Part shown: positions 1 to 13,346 of the stretch, one piece after another | Numbering within the stretch: position 1 is the first letter of the stretch | How the letters are laid out: every line of letters begins with the position of its first letter | Position numbers and translations under genes: made by a program | Notes under the pieces: model-generated | Database searches by the model: none | Told to the model about the DNA's origin: nothing | What the model saw: the letters and a program-made list of their open reading frames with translations, nothing else | Assembly (NCBI GenBank): GCA_964016885.1 | Contig: OZ024758.1 | Location: 30,504,001-30,568,000 of the forward strand | Length of the DNA stretch: 64,000 nt | DNA from: Eledone cirrhosa | Lineage: Eukaryota | Reading direction: 5' to 3'

Positions 1-526
1 GGAGTTTCTGTTATTAATATTAGAGAAATGATTTTTTTATAATAGGGGGTATAATTATCTTTATCTATGTATTTAATTTTATTAGAGTAGCAGCCTAGAT
101 AGCGCCTCATTATAGTATTTTGCCTAATTGTCAAATATATCTTTATTAGAAGAGAGTGTAGAAATTCTAAGCTGGACACTATTAACTATAGCTTTCTTAA
201 CGTTTTAGGGTGGTTGGAATTGAAACTAACATAATTTAGGTTTCCATTTAACTTATGGTAGAGGCCAGATTTAAGATTTAAGGTAATGTCTAGGAAGTTG
301 ACTATTTTAATATTGTTTTCGATTGTTTAAAGCCATAATTATTAAAGAAGTCAATTATAATCTTCTTTTTCTTATTAAGGGCACTATTACTATGGTTATT
401 CACTATAAAAGGTGCATCATCACGATATAAACCTCCGGCAATTTCTGGCAGTTTTCTATGGATAGTGTTAAGGATGAAAATACCAACGAGATCTGTAACT
501 TGAGCTGAGTCCGAGGACCCATTTTA
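1..526 (-). pseudogene. Degenerate Penelope-like retroelement reverse transcriptase (runs off window start)
   Basis: Manual minus-strand translation through frameshifts: (M)GSSDSAQVTDLVGIFILN...GGLYRDDAPFIV...KIVNFLDITLNL...YVSFNSNHP...LRISTLSS. These match PLE RT motifs (YRDD catalytic site, FLD, SNHP). Confidence 0.85.
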
Positions 527-540
527 TACATCTAATATTG

Positions 541-602
541 TATTTTGTCTGAAGAAGGCGTGCTATAATATTTAGTATTCCAGAAATAGATATAATGAAA
601 TA
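541..602 (+). ncRNA. Type I hammerhead ribozyme motif in an inverted PLE pseudo-LTR
   Basis: Stem I tattttgt/atgaaata, core CTGAAGA (549-555), GAAA (583-586), short stem III ta-ga-ta, ATA site. Opposite orientation to the adjacent RT. Homologous to 5269-5334. Confidence 0.7.
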
Positions 603-690
603 AATAGTGATGCTATAGTGTTATATCTTTCGTTGATTACTATTACACGCACGCACGCACGCACGCACGCACCCCCCCCCCCCACACACA

Positions 691-721
<31 letters not shown>

Positions 722-863
722 CACAGTAATTTGTTTTCAAATACGATATAGATAGCAGTGTTTGGTTTTATTTCCCAAAGACGATTCCACATTTGTTCTC
801 TTCTAGTTACAGATAAATACTAACAGGTCAGTCTGTATTCCAATGTTTCATGCTGTAGTATTT

Positions 864-1057
864 CAGACCTGTCAACTCTTGCCATCTGACGGGGAGATCT
901 CCCACCCACTTTCTGGTGGGGGAGAGATATCTTTTCTTGTGAAAATAGGTATAGCTTTCATTATGTAAAATCTCCCCATTTTGCCTCATTTCTCCTTGTT
1001 TTGGGGCACTTCTTTTCATGGTACTCTCTATTTGCGTTTTGGAGGTTGACAAGTCTA
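864..1057. mobile_element. MITE family A (hAT-like TIRs)
   Basis: Ends cagacctgtcaac...gttgacaagtcta with 6-bp TSD gtattt on both sides. Multiple copies in the window. Confidence 0.8.
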
Positions 1058-1761
1058 GTATTTATCCCAGTTTAGCGCAAACGATGTACGTAGCCCAGTA
1101 GGTTGAAATAGACAACTAAATATTTGATTTGCAGCGTTCTGCATCTTAGGTTTTTGATGTCGTTGTTTAGCAGCGGTTCAACCCTGAATACCCATAAATA
1201 AGTAGGTTTATGATTAAAGGCATTCTGTCTTATTGTGGATAGGGTTATAAAGGAATACATTATTTAATGTACTTTTTCCTTGGCCTTTAATGAGAATTTG
1301 GCTGAGATCGAGTGACCGCGTAGAATCTCCAGATTTGAGTCAGATTCTCAAGTTATTGTTGCTGTTGTGTTGTCTCAGACTAGCAGATCTATCGCTCACA
1401 GGTAGTTGGTCGAACAGCTTAGGTGTAACCTACAACCCGGTTTTAAATATGTTTGTAGCGAAATCTTGCTTTGCTATTGTTTTACGGATCTACGACATAT
1501 TTCCGTTGGTCCCTTTACTCCTTTGGCTTTTAAAAAAGAGGACTTAGTGCACCAATCTCTCAGTTGACATGATAATCTTATTGCAGCAGCGGCCAATTTA
1601 GCAAGCCAGCTGGTCAGCAATATGCCAAACAACAAAAATATATTTTCCATTCTATCGTACCTCTGCATTCACATGTTCAGTCTGTCTGATGCATCAGTTT
1701 TTATAAGCACTTCTTCTCGTCTTGGGTCACCCCTTTTCTAATGGCTAGAACATATGCGGCT

Positions 1762-1910
1762 CACCACCCTTGCATAAAAAGCCACGCCACCGATGTTGTC
1801 CAAGGGAAAGGCAATGGCCAATACAGCTTGGCACCAGTGATATCGTAACTCATTTCTACAGTTGATTAAACTGGAACAACGTGAAATAAAATGTCTTGCT
1901 TAAGGACACA
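1762..1910 (-). mobile_element. SINE family 2 fragment
   Basis: Reverse complement of the body of the 10994-11417 element (gtccttaagcaagacattttatttcacgttg...ggtgccaagctgtat). Confidence 0.75.
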
Positions 1911-1994
1911 AATCATTACTCTGTAATGTAGTATAATGCTAAGATGGTTTCCTAGTACCCTATGGGTAAAAATAAATATATAACTGGCAGCGAA

Positions 1995-2386
1995 TACAAG
2001 CGGCCGAAATGGGATTCCTCCGAAGGGTCTTTGGAGTAACATTACTCGATAAAGTGCGTAACTCGGAGATTAAAGAGTCACACCAGGTAGAGCCGCTACT
2101 TCTCCGAATTGTGAGATCACAGCTCTGATACTATGGAGATGTGGTTAGAATCTCTCAGAAAAGAATCGCTGGACAGATTTTACGGGCAAAACCAACCGAC
2201 AGGAGACCCAGGAATAGACCCCGGGTAAGATGTTTGGATAACATCCATGAGCTTGGCTGGTCATGCTTGGTGACCCAGCCGGATCAGTTAGAGACGTTTG
2301 CTTCTGACAGGATCCGCTAGAAGGAGTGTTTGCGGATTCTGCCCCCACGACCCTCCCATGAATAAGTGGGCGAAGAAGAAGAAGAA
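1995..2386 (+). mobile_element. RTE-clade LINE 3' fragment
   Basis: Degenerate EPLLLRI..SQL*YYG.VVR...RPR.RPR..WLD-like C-terminus followed by a (GAA)n tail. Homologous to 8110-8450, 11638-11748, 12030-12260 and 23064-23152. Confidence 0.75.
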
Positions 2387-2589
2387 GGCAGATTTGTTTC
2401 ATTGTTGGTTCTTATTTAGTCGATACAAATGCATTAGGGGAATCACTTTCCCAGCACCAACCACGCATCATCGCATTTGACACATCGACTAACATACAAC
2501 TAATAATTCCATTAAGTATGTTTCTATAACGAACCCACATCGTTCTATCGGTATTCAAGTCGTGACCAACTCGCTTTCTTCTCTGGTGT

Positions 2590-2773
2590 GAATTGGCAGT
2601 ATCGGTAGAGGGTCGGACGCCATGCTTTGACGCATAGAGTTACGGCCCTTGCCATTCTGAGTTCAAATCCCACCGAGGTTAACTTTGCCTTTCATCCTTA
2701 CGGGGTCGATAAAATAAAGTACCAGTAATGTACTGGGTAATTGCTGGCCTTGTGCCAAAAAGTAGAAACAATT
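2590..2773 (+). mobile_element. tRNA-derived SINE family 1
   Basis: A-box-like tggcagtatcggtag, B-box gagttcaaatccc, body ctttgcctttcatccttacggggtcgataaaataaagtacc, tail gtagaaacaatt. Confidence 0.9.
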
Positions 2774-3086
2774 AAATTAAAAAGGCGGATGAACTCCTTA
2801 GAATCAATGGCCAGCCACCCCAACTATGGGTTAAATAGCCTCACCAACCCGCAACTGGCCAAGTGTAGGGAGTATGGCTACACCCCTGATATGACCAAAA
2901 CCAAACAAAAAGCAGTGGGGTTCCTTCAACAGGATTGAGAAGATCCTCGATTGGATTGAATATTTTATTCAGAATTACTTTATACTGCATATTTATTAAT
3001 GTTTAAGATGACTTCCAAGTAGTCTTTGTTTCTGGTTTAGTTGATTTAAAACCAGCCAATTGACCGAAGGGTGGACAGTTCGATCA

Positions 3087-3274
3087 CAGACCTGTCAACT
3101 CTCCCCGTCCGATGGTGGAGATCTCCCACCCACTTGGGTGAGAGATGTTTTCTCTTATGAAAATAGGTATAGATTTCACTTTGTAAAATCCCCCCCCCCC
3201 CCATTTCTCCCCGTTTTAGGGCACTTTCTTTTCATGGTACTCTACGTTTGGGTTTTTAGAGGTTGGCAGGTCTG
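3087..3274. mobile_element. MITE family A
   Basis: TIRs cagacctgtcaac / gttggcaggtctg, flanked by gatca on both sides. Confidence 0.85.
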
Positions 3275-4422
3275 GATCATGTCAACAGAACTGTGCAGTA
3301 TCGCTGGTAAAAAACCATCGCTAGTTGTCTGGCTTAAACCACCCAACTGTATAAAGACATATAAACAGTGGTCGTATAAAGATATATAAACAGTGGTCGT
3401 GATTGAAGCATTGAATACGTGAGGTTTATCAGGTTAATTGACTCAACCACAGTTCTATATAATCTTTCCAACAATGTCTACCGCAGAAACTCTATGTTGC
3501 AACTGAAAGAACACGCGCCAGTTATCAGAATAACGAACAAACAAATCAAATACAAAATCACACAAAGAAAACTATTCACAGTTTAGGAGAGACAAACAAA
3601 ATGAATTATTAAAAGCGAGACACACAGAGACAAAGAGAGAGGGAGAGAGAGCACGAGGAAGAGTGTGGGAGAGAGAGAAAGAGCACGAGGAAGATAAATA
3701 GAGAAATAGAGAGAGAGAGAAGAGAGAGAGAGAGAGAATACACGAGGAAGAGATATAGATAGAGAGAGGGAGATAGAGAGAGAAAATAAACAACGAATAA
3801 AAAAGGTTTTAAAATATAATTTGATTGCAACATTAAAAACAAAAATTGATTTTCACTTTTTATATTTTTTATATTTTTTATTTGCGATTATTTTTTTCTA
3901 AACTCTTTTTTCCCACGCTAAATTGTATTATTCTCAGTTGTTTTATATAAAAACCATATCTGAATCGTTTATAACTAACATTTTGCTGAGTACCTCTTCA
4001 AACAAACTAGAAGGAGCTTTTCTGTGTCTTATTTTTTGGTGTACAGACATAATCACGTCAATCACATTCCGCATTCTACGTATCGAACAGCAGAAGACAT
4101 TATATACCTCTGTTATTTTATATTGTTTGCTTATTTCAGTGTCCATTCTGATATCTCAGAAACTATTGAAGTCCTAGAAACAGAACAAAACAAATTGTAC
4201 CATTTATTAGTGAATGCGTGTAGCCGAGTGATTAGAGAATTGGATTCGCACTCGCGAGTTTGATTCCCAGACCGAGTGATGTCCTTGAGCATTTATTTCA
4301 TGTTGCTCCTTCTACTTGGAGTTGCGACCGATATTTAACAATTGGAAAGACCAATGAAAACCTTGTTTTCTCGGTCCGATTTGACGAAAGTCCAATTTCT
4401 TTCAGAAATTCGTAGCTTTAAT

Positions 4423-4606
4423 AACTGTTTCTACTTTAGGCACAAGGCCAGCAATTACCCAGTGCATTACTGGTACTTTATTTTATCGACCCCGTAAGGA
4501 TGAAAGGCAAAGTCAACCTCGGCGGGATTTGAACTCAGATCGTAAAGGGATGTAACTGTGCTGGAAAGCATGGCGTCCGACCCTCTACCGATACTGCCAA
4601 TCCACC
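4423..4606 (-). mobile_element. tRNA-derived SINE family 1
   Basis: Full-length reverse-complement copy. Confidence 0.9.
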
Positions 4607-5008
4607 GAACACCGGGTAACAGCAATTATTTTCTCACCAGTTTCATGATGAGAGCGCCAACGTAATTTTTGTATGTTGACTCAGGTTACCGTTTATACTC
4701 AAATATAAGCTGATACAAATATATTCAAATATAAACCGACTCCACTATTTTATGCCTGTGAAATGGGTAAAAATCCAAAACTTTTACGTAGAATTTGTAG
4801 TTGGTGAAAATCATCAAAATATTGATCCCGAATATAAGTCAACCCCTTCTATCATCGATTTTTTGGTCACATATTCTTTGACTTATATTCGAGCATATGC
4901 GGTAAGTTTTTTACTGACACTTATTTCTAATCTAAAATAATCATCGGATAGTAGAATACTGCATTGTATTAATTAATATAACTGTAATTATAGCTTTTAA
5001 TATATATA

Positions 5009-5377
5009 TACGATATTAAATAAATGGAAACTATATTTATAAAACCATATTTATTTCATTATATATATTTCAGGGATATCATATTAAAAATATGGTATGC
5101 CTTCATCAGACAAAATACAATATAAACAGTCTTATAAATAGATAGATTTGACATACCTTACAACTTCAACTTCCATTTAAAAAGTTGATTTACCAAATCA
5201 ACTTTTTAAATGGAAGTTGAAGTTGTAAGGTATGTCAAATCTATCTATTTATAAGACTGTTTATATTGTATTTTGTCTGATGAAGGCATACCATATTTTT
5301 AATATGATATCCCTGAAATATATATAATGAAATAAATATGGTTTTATAAATATAGTTTCCATTTATTTAATATCGTA
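5009..5377. repeat. Long palindrome (183-bp arms, 3-nt loop acc at 5192-5194) carrying hammerhead motifs
   Basis: Arms 5009-5191 and 5195-5377 are reverse complements with no mismatch found by eye. Confidence 0.95.
5269..5334 (+). ncRNA. Type I hammerhead ribozyme motif (mirror copy on minus strand at 5052-5117)
   Basis: tattttgt CTGATGA agg...cct GAAA tatata TA atgaaata: intact core, palindromic minimal stem III. Confidence 0.8.
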
Positions 5378-5488
5378 AATATACTCCAAATACTTGTTGA
5401 GTGCTTTTATATCAGTTATAAATATTTACTCGTTGTAACCCAACAATTTAAATAAAACTTTGCATATATATATATATATATATATATA

Positions 5489-6059
<571 letters not shown>

Positions 6060-6394
6060 TATAGAGTAAAATGACAGGAGACTAGACAGGTGAAATTCCT
6101 TCAAATTTTTATTTCTGCAAAGACTTTATACATTTCAGAGGCCAAGTTACGTAGGAACCTGGTGGCATCATCAGGTGTATATTGCATAATAGTTATATAA
6201 CAAATGGATTATGGTAAAAACATTCCAAAGGAGAAAAAGCAGAAAAGAAAAATATGTTTCTTACTCGAAGACGATCATGCGTGCCCGTTGGTGTCAGTTC
6301 GACCGACCACCCTCAAGTGCATGTGTCTGTGCAGATGTTTTTAGAAATCACAGAAACGAAGAGACTATTCTGAGATAATAGGTGAGTTTTTTAA

Positions 6395-6812
6395 GTCTTA
6401 TCAAGCAATGGATTGTAATATGTCATTAAAAGTTAATTTTTGAATTTCCACATGGAGTTCTTAGCGGAAGATCTGGGTGCAGCAAGCGAACATAATGAGC
6501 ATTTTCATCAGAATATTTCTACTATGGAGAAGCGTTACCAAATCAACCGGAGCCTCAGTATGCTTATGGATTTTTGAGAGAGATTTGTCTGAGGCAAAGT
6601 AAAGAGAAATCAAACTAAGTTGCTTTTGAAACTACAGCTCAGTCTTTTCTATCGTGTAACTATATTTGTGTCTAAAAATCAAATTGCATGCCGCACAAAA
6701 ACGTGACTTAATACATTTATTTGGATTCAGTACAAAACACAAATACCCTGAGAACCTAATACTTTCTTTCTTGTAGCACGAGAAAGAAAAATATTTTTTT
6801 TATTCCTCTGTG
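6395..6812 (+). mobile_element. Chapaev3-like (CMC) DNA transposon 3' relic
   Basis: Degenerate translation CNMSLKV..F..H...DLGAAS.EH..HFHQNISTMEKRYQ resembles the MSLKxHFLHSH...ERFHQDISTMEKRYQ transposase C-terminus. Terminus ...ttattcctctgtg. Superfamily assignment is from memory. Confidence 0.6.
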
Positions 6813-7877
6813 TAATTATTAAAGAAAAATACATTAAAAAACTAGAGGAAAAATTTCTTTGTTTTCATTCGTTAAGTTTTTTATTGATATTGGGTCAAGT
6901 ATCTCTTCGAATTATGTAACGGAATAGGTTATCTCCTAAAGTAAGCTGAATTTTCTCGTAACGTATTTCAGATTACCCCTGCTCCACCTTACCTCTCGGC
7001 AACTTGAAATCGTATTCAGATTACTGTGAGGTAGGATGGAATCGATTTCAAATTAACACCAGAGATAGTTTAAAAGTAATTTTTCTTAACAAATTAAAAC
7101 ATTAACAAAAGTTGATGGATAACAAACAGGATATGATAACACTTATGTTTGTTAGCGAGGAAGTGTTACAGCTCTTTCAGTTTTTCGATCATGGCTTAGT
7201 TCAATTTCTTTGACTTCATTATACTAAATCAAATATGACGTTTCTTACTTTGGCCCCACAGCTAAAAATATTGCTCAAACGATGGGGAGTCAACTCATTT
7301 AAACGTTGATGATCTTAGAAAATTACACCCTTTTCTCTTTTAATTCACACATTTAGGTGGAAATTAGTTGAATCCTCTTTTACCTGGCCTGGGTCACTAC
7401 CCACCGCGACCTTCCAATCCTACATCCACCTACGCAACATTCTAAAATAAGTTTGACTTCATTCACAGAATTTTCAGATTTTGTTTATTTTATTTTATTT
7501 TATTTTATCTATTATCTCTTGATTTCCCCCTTTGTGTTAGGAGTATCGTAAACACGTGGAATAGTCTCCTCTAGCACATGGAGCTCTGGATAATTCTCAT
7601 GGTTGCCGGTATTTAAGCTGGAATGGAAGTGCTCATTACACATTATTAAATTCAATTTCCATTCCTTTCCGTTTCCTTCTTTTATCCAATATTTTTGTAA
7701 TAGATTTCTTCTCATCATATCCAAAATCAATATAATAAATCATACCTATATATTGATTTACATAGTATGATATATATCTATAATCATATCTATACATTGC
7801 TTGACGTAAATACGATTTTAGTTTCCTATATTTGGTTGTCAGAAAAGGCTGTGAGTCTGACAACTCCCTCGTAATTT

Positions 7878-8060
7878 TCATTGGCAGTATCGGTAGAGGG
7901 TCGGACGCCATGCTTTCCAGCATAGTTACGTCCCTTTACGATCTGAGTTCAAACCCCGCCGAGGTTGACTTTGCCTTTCATCCTTACGGGGGTCGATAAA
8001 ATAAAGTACCAGTAATACACTGATATAATTGCTGACCTGTGCCAAAAGTAGAAACAACTA
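7878..8060 (+). mobile_element. tRNA-derived SINE family 1
   Basis: Full-length copy. Confidence 0.9.
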
Positions 8061-8109
8061 TTTTGCCTAAATCTTGCGTAATGATCGAAATAATATATGA
8101 TCGCGAACA

Positions 8110-8450
8110 CAAGCTGCAGAAATGGGGCTCCTCTAAAGCGTCTTTGAAGTAACATTAGTCAATAGTGTATATAGCTCAGAGATGAGGGATTCACTTCAGG
8201 TAGAGCCGTTACTTTTCCGCATCGAGAGACTAAAGCTCAGATACTACGGACATGTGGTTAGAATACCCAAGGAAAGAATCACTGGGATAATTTTACGTGC
8301 AAAGTCAACCGGCATGAGATCCAGAGGTAGACTACGAGCAAGATGGTTGGATAAGCCAAGTTGGTCTTGCTTAGGAACCTAACCCGGAGAGGTGTCTGAG
8401 GACTGTGGCACTACGACTCTCTCAGGAATAAATGGGCGACGGCGAAGAAG
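8110..8450 (+). mobile_element. RTE-clade LINE 3' fragment
   Basis: ORF 8182-8382 VEPLLFRIERLKLRYYGHVVR...RSRGRLRARWLD, then gaagaag tail. Confidence 0.8.
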
Positions 8451-10166
8451 ATATTTCCCTACTAGCCGATGTGTCTGAGACATTCAGAAGGTTAACCCTT
8501 GAAGATGACGGCTTACACGTGGTTAATTATATTAGAGTCTTCTTCCTCACCATGGATTCCACTCTTCAGAAAATTCAAGTAAGGTTTTTATTCTTCAAAG
8601 ATCCGAAAATGTGTGAGATATTTTAACTGACAATGAGAGGTAGATTAACAAACATCTAGTAGTCGCTAACATCATCGATATCCAAGAAACCTATGATCCC
8701 ATCCCTCCTAATCAATTCATCGACGTTAACACTTTTACGGCAACGCCTCAAACCCAAAATTACACAGCAGAAAATTTGAATAAATACATCTCTTCCACTC
8801 TAGTTTCTGATTCCGCTTTAAACCAAGCTTTGAAACGGTTTCAATACATTTCGTGAATTCACCAATACGTATCATTGTTACTTCAGCAACTAAGATGTGT
8901 TAGTTAAATATTCTCCTTTGATAAATGACCCTCAAGTAATATATATTTGTGTTTGTGGTCTGATGTTGATAATGTAATTATATTAATGTAAATTTGCCGA
9001 AGACAGTATAGTATAGTAATAGAACATATGCAGAATAAGTGGATCTGAATTGATAATTTGCAAGCATTTAGCGCGAGGCTCTTGAGAATGGCGGTCTTAT
9101 AGCATATGCTAATTTTGCATCGAGGTTAACCCGGCCAGTGACAGGACAATAACACTGATCGATATCCTATGGTTTTGTTGTTAAAGAGTCTCGCTCACAC
9201 TGTCAACTCCGATACTATATCATTGAGCCATTCGCCAGTCATATTTTTTTAATATTATTTCTTCGCCTGTTAATTATAATGTTACCCTCGTTAAAAAGCC
9301 GACCCCCCCCCAAACAAACATCCCAAAATAATGAAAATATAAATTACAGGTATTCATTTTACATTTTATCATTTTATGCTATGAAAAATTACTGATTAAT
9401 TTTTTTTCTTCTATTTTTGTGTTTAGTTTTTTTTAAAAAAGAATATTAATTAAATGACGTCATCGTATTTCGGTTATTTGAAACGAATCTTTCCTTCGTG
9501 AAGAAAAGAAAGGAAAATGAAATAAGAAAAGAAACAAAATGGTTCTATCATCAATCATATATATAATTAATAGTTGATTCACCTCTTTTATGGCAATGCA
9601 AACTTTATTTGCTGTCAATAAAGGAACCCCCCCAACCCCCCAGCAATAACAACAAAAGAACATTACTCCCCTCCCCCCACACACACACTAAAAAAAAGCG
9701 GGGTACGGTTGGCAGTATTTTGAAATTAATTTTAAGAGACTAACGACGAAGGGAAATAAACAACTTTTCGTTACATTGCTAAAAGGGATTTAATGTTGTT
9801 GATAATAAGCATTTCATTACTGGCATCGCTTAATGATTATTTATCACTCTTCTGACGTGAATTCTAAAGAATTCTTTCTAATTCCTACTAGTATCCTTAA
9901 AGAGGAGGAACAAATGCCTTGTGGCTTTTAGTTACACTTCGTTTCGAGTTCAAATCTTGCCAGGGTCAGTTTGACTTTTCATTAATACTGGCTCTGTAAA
10001 ATAAGTATCACTCAAATAAAGAGTGATTTAGTTAACTGACTCTTCCCATCATGTGCGACTATGTCAATATTATTTTCAGATCGATTGGTACATTCGCAAT
10101 GGTTTTGGAGAAAATTACATAAACAGCTTGTGAAAAGCATATATACAATGTTTTGCCCATCAATAA

Positions 10167-10362
10167 CAGACCTGCCAACCTCTAAAAACCTAAACCTAGA
10201 GTACCATGAAAAAAACGTGCCCCAAAACGGGGAGAAATGAGGCAAAATGGGAAGATTTTACATAATGAAAGCTATACCCATTTTCACAAGAGAAGACATC
10301 TCTCACTCACCCCAAAGTAGGTGGGAGATCTCCCAGTTTGACGGGGAGAGTTGACAGGTTTG
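10167..10362. mobile_element. MITE family A (inverted relative to 3087)
   Basis: TIRs present; 6-bp TSD caataa at 10161-10166 and 10363-10368. Confidence 0.85.
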
Positions 10363-10787
10363 CAATAAGCTTATAGTTTTCTACCAAATAAGTATTGTTC
10401 TTCCTGGCCTATTTTCATGCCATGGTAAGCCAGGTTAGTATGTTGATTTGGTTTTCTACACTTCTTTAAAACATACACGAATTGTGTTGGAATTTCCTAG
10501 ATAATTTTCTATTTATTTAAAACTTCAGAGGAAATTATATTAATATCCTCAGCCTGCCATTGCGGACATCAGAAACATTGAGAATTTTAAGATAAGGCAG
10601 CATTGTAGACTCCGAGTATATGACTACTAACCTTATGATTGCTTAATAGTCCCAGCAGACAGAATGGTTAATGCGTGAATGGTATTTTGTAGAACGGTAA
10701 CATCGTATCTAACTATTTGTTCCTGGTATTTCAATTATGCAACTTTCCTACAATTCGAGAGTCGATAGTGAATGTGGTACTGTCGAC

Positions 10788-10972
10788 AATTGGCAGTATC
10801 GGTAGAGAGTAGGGCACCATGCTCTTCAGCATAGAGTTACGCCCCTTTATGAGCCGAGTTCAAATCCTGCTGAGGTTAACTTTGCCTTTCATCCTTACGG
10901 GGTCGATAAAATAAAGTACCAGTAACGTACTGGGATAATTGCTGGCCTTGTGCCAAACATAGAAACAATTAT
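10788..10972 (+). mobile_element. tRNA-derived SINE family 1
   Basis: Full-length copy. Confidence 0.88.
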
Positions 10973-10993
10973 TACAGTACACCTCCTTGATTG

Positions 10994-11417
10994 AGTTGAA
11001 GGCGCAAAGCTTAGTGGTTAGAGCGTTGGGTTTACAATCGTGAGGCTGTGAGTTTGATTCTCGGACCGAATGATGCGTTGTGTCCTTGAGCAAGACCCTT
11101 TATTTCACGTTGCTCCAGTTCACTCAGCTGTAGAAATGAGTTGCGACGTCACTGGTGCCAAGCTGTATCAGCCATTGCTTTCCTCTTGAACAACATCGGT
11201 GGCATGGATGTTTATGTGTGGTGAGCCGTATATATTTTTGCCATTAGAAAAGCAAAATGAATGTTTTGCCATCGGTGGCGTGGAGTGGCGAGAGATTAGT
11301 TTGTATGGGAGTCTGGTCTTCCACAAACAACCTTGCCCAAACATATGCGTCGGAGAGGAACTTTCAAAGTTCAAATCCCATGGTCATTCGTGACCGAAGG
11401 GGGTGTTTACCCTTTTT
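10994..11417 (+). mobile_element. tRNA-derived SINE family 2 (CORE-like body), full length
   Basis: A box agcttagtggttag, B box gagtttgattc, tgtgtccttgagcaagac core-like segment, 13-bp TSD acctccttgattg (10981-10993, 11418-11430). Other copies or variants near 4210-4390, 36770-36922(-), 39550-39720, 43750-43990 and 51995-52139. Confidence 0.88.
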
Positions 11418-11637
11418 ACCTCCTTGATTGTATTCAACAGTCGTGCATCATGGTTGAAATCTTTCTTTCCATTCCGGATCTAAGACCAGAATAATTGGAG
11501 ATCTTCTTGAGAAGAGGTGCTATATACAAATTTGTTTTACATCGTTTGGTATACAGAAAGTAGGTTAGAAGAAAACTTATGACTAATTGGCTCATTGGAA
11601 AAGGTCTTTTCGATGACAGAGCGTTTCAATGAAAGTC

Positions 11638-12260
11638 TTCTTCTTCTTCGCCCACTTATTCCCGAGAGGGTCGTGGGTTCAGAGTCCTCAAACACAGCCT
11701 CCAGCGGGTTCTGTCACAAGCGTGATCAGCCAAACTCATGGATGTTATCTTAAAGTTGGTTTTATAATACCAAAGGATTGAAGTTTTAAGTTTGTTGATT
11801 TTATTGTACCAGGAGCTGCGACCAGTAGATGGTATCAGCAATGGAAACGTTTTCTTGATCCAATTTGACAAGTTCTACCCCACTCGGTAAGCGAATGTGG
11901 CCTGGAATAATCGATTGATCGATACCATTCTTATTGTGTCCATTCTCTTGGTGTTCCGCAGCTTTGTGGCTTGTGGCATCACTTTTGGCTGTTCTGTAGC
12001 TTATAACTGTTATCAATTTATTCCATTCATTCTTCAGAGGGTCATAGAGGCAGAATCCTCAAACACACCCCCCAGTGGGTCTTGTAAGAAGCAACAATTT
12101 CCAACTGACCCGGCAGGACCAGCCAAGCTCATGGATGTTATCCAACCATCTTGCTCTGGGTCTACCATTCGGTTTCCTGCTGGTTGGTTTCACCCGTAAA
12201 ATCTGTCCAGCAATTCTTTCCTCAGACATTCTAACCACATGCCATAGTATCAGAGCTGTG
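11638..12260 (-). mobile_element. Two RTE-clade LINE 3' fragments (11638-11748 and 12030-12260)
   Basis: Reverse complements of the 1995-2386 family, including a (TTC)n tail. Confidence 0.7.
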
Positions 12261-12349
12261 ATTAATGTCTCTTTTAAAGTACAAATTCTCTCTACAGTTT
12301 TGCCAGTTTCTATAAGCTACAGTGTATGGCGAATGTATTGGTTACCATA

Positions 12350-13346
12350 TAATTGTTTCTACTATTGGCACAAGGCCAGCAATTACCCAGTGTATTACTG
12401 GTACTTTATTTTATCGACCCTGTAAGGATGAAAGGCAAAGTTAACCTTTGTTAGAAATAATTGTTTCTACTTTTGGCACAAGGCCAGCAATTATCCCAAT
12501 GTATTACTGGTACTTTATTTTATCGACCCCGTTGCGACCGATAGAATGTATTAGCAATTGGAAAGACCAATGGAAACATTGTTTCCTCGGTCCGACTTGA
12601 CGAAAGTCAATCGACTCCTATAAGGATGAAAGGCAAAGTTAACCTCATTCGTTCCTGATGAGCAGGTTGATAGTTTACTTTACTTTTGTTATCTCCCTTG
12701 GTGAAAAATGTTGGGTAATTTCTCTGTGTATTGCATAGGGGAAGAGTTGGCAGTCGTTAGAAAGTCGGATAGAATGCCTTGTGGTATTTTTTCTGTCTCT
12801 CTACTCTCGGAGTTCAAATCCCACCGAGGTCAACTTTGCCTTTCATCCTTTCAAGGTCGATAAAAAAAGTACCAGTCTAGTACTGGGGTAGATTCTTCCT
12901 CTATATCTCTTTCTCATTTCCTCTCTCTCATTTTCTATCTTTCTCTGGAAGATATCTGCTCTACTCAGGCCCGGAGAGGAGATGTGGGCTCCACCAGGCT
13001 TAAAATGCCCAAGGCACGCTGTATGTCAATATGGCGCCCCTACGACTCTATCAGGAGTTACGGGATTATACATTGCAATTATATCCTATGTCTTTGTGCA
13101 ATATTTCTCTATTATTTTCAGCTATTTTGAGGGCGGTGGATTGGCAGTATCGGTAGAGGGTCGGACGCCATGCTTTACAGCATAGAGTTACGGCTCTTTA
13201 TGATCTGAGTTCAAATCCCGCCGAGGTTAACTTTGCCTTTCATACTTATGGGGTCGATAAAATAAAATACCAGTCACGCACTGGGGTCGATTTAATCGAC
13301 TTTCCCCTCCCCCCAAATTACTGGCCTTGAGCCTATATAAGAAACC
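12350..13346. mobile_element. Cluster of SINE family 1 copies (partial minus copies 12350-12650, plus variant 12745-13075, full plus copy 13130-13346)
   Basis: Family consensus matches. The 13130 copy has an 18-bp TSD attattttcagctatttt. Confidence 0.85.

Noticed and set aside
10998-11070. tRNA-like sequence with A and B boxes
   Set aside because: No complete cloverleaf; continues into a SINE body with a TSD.
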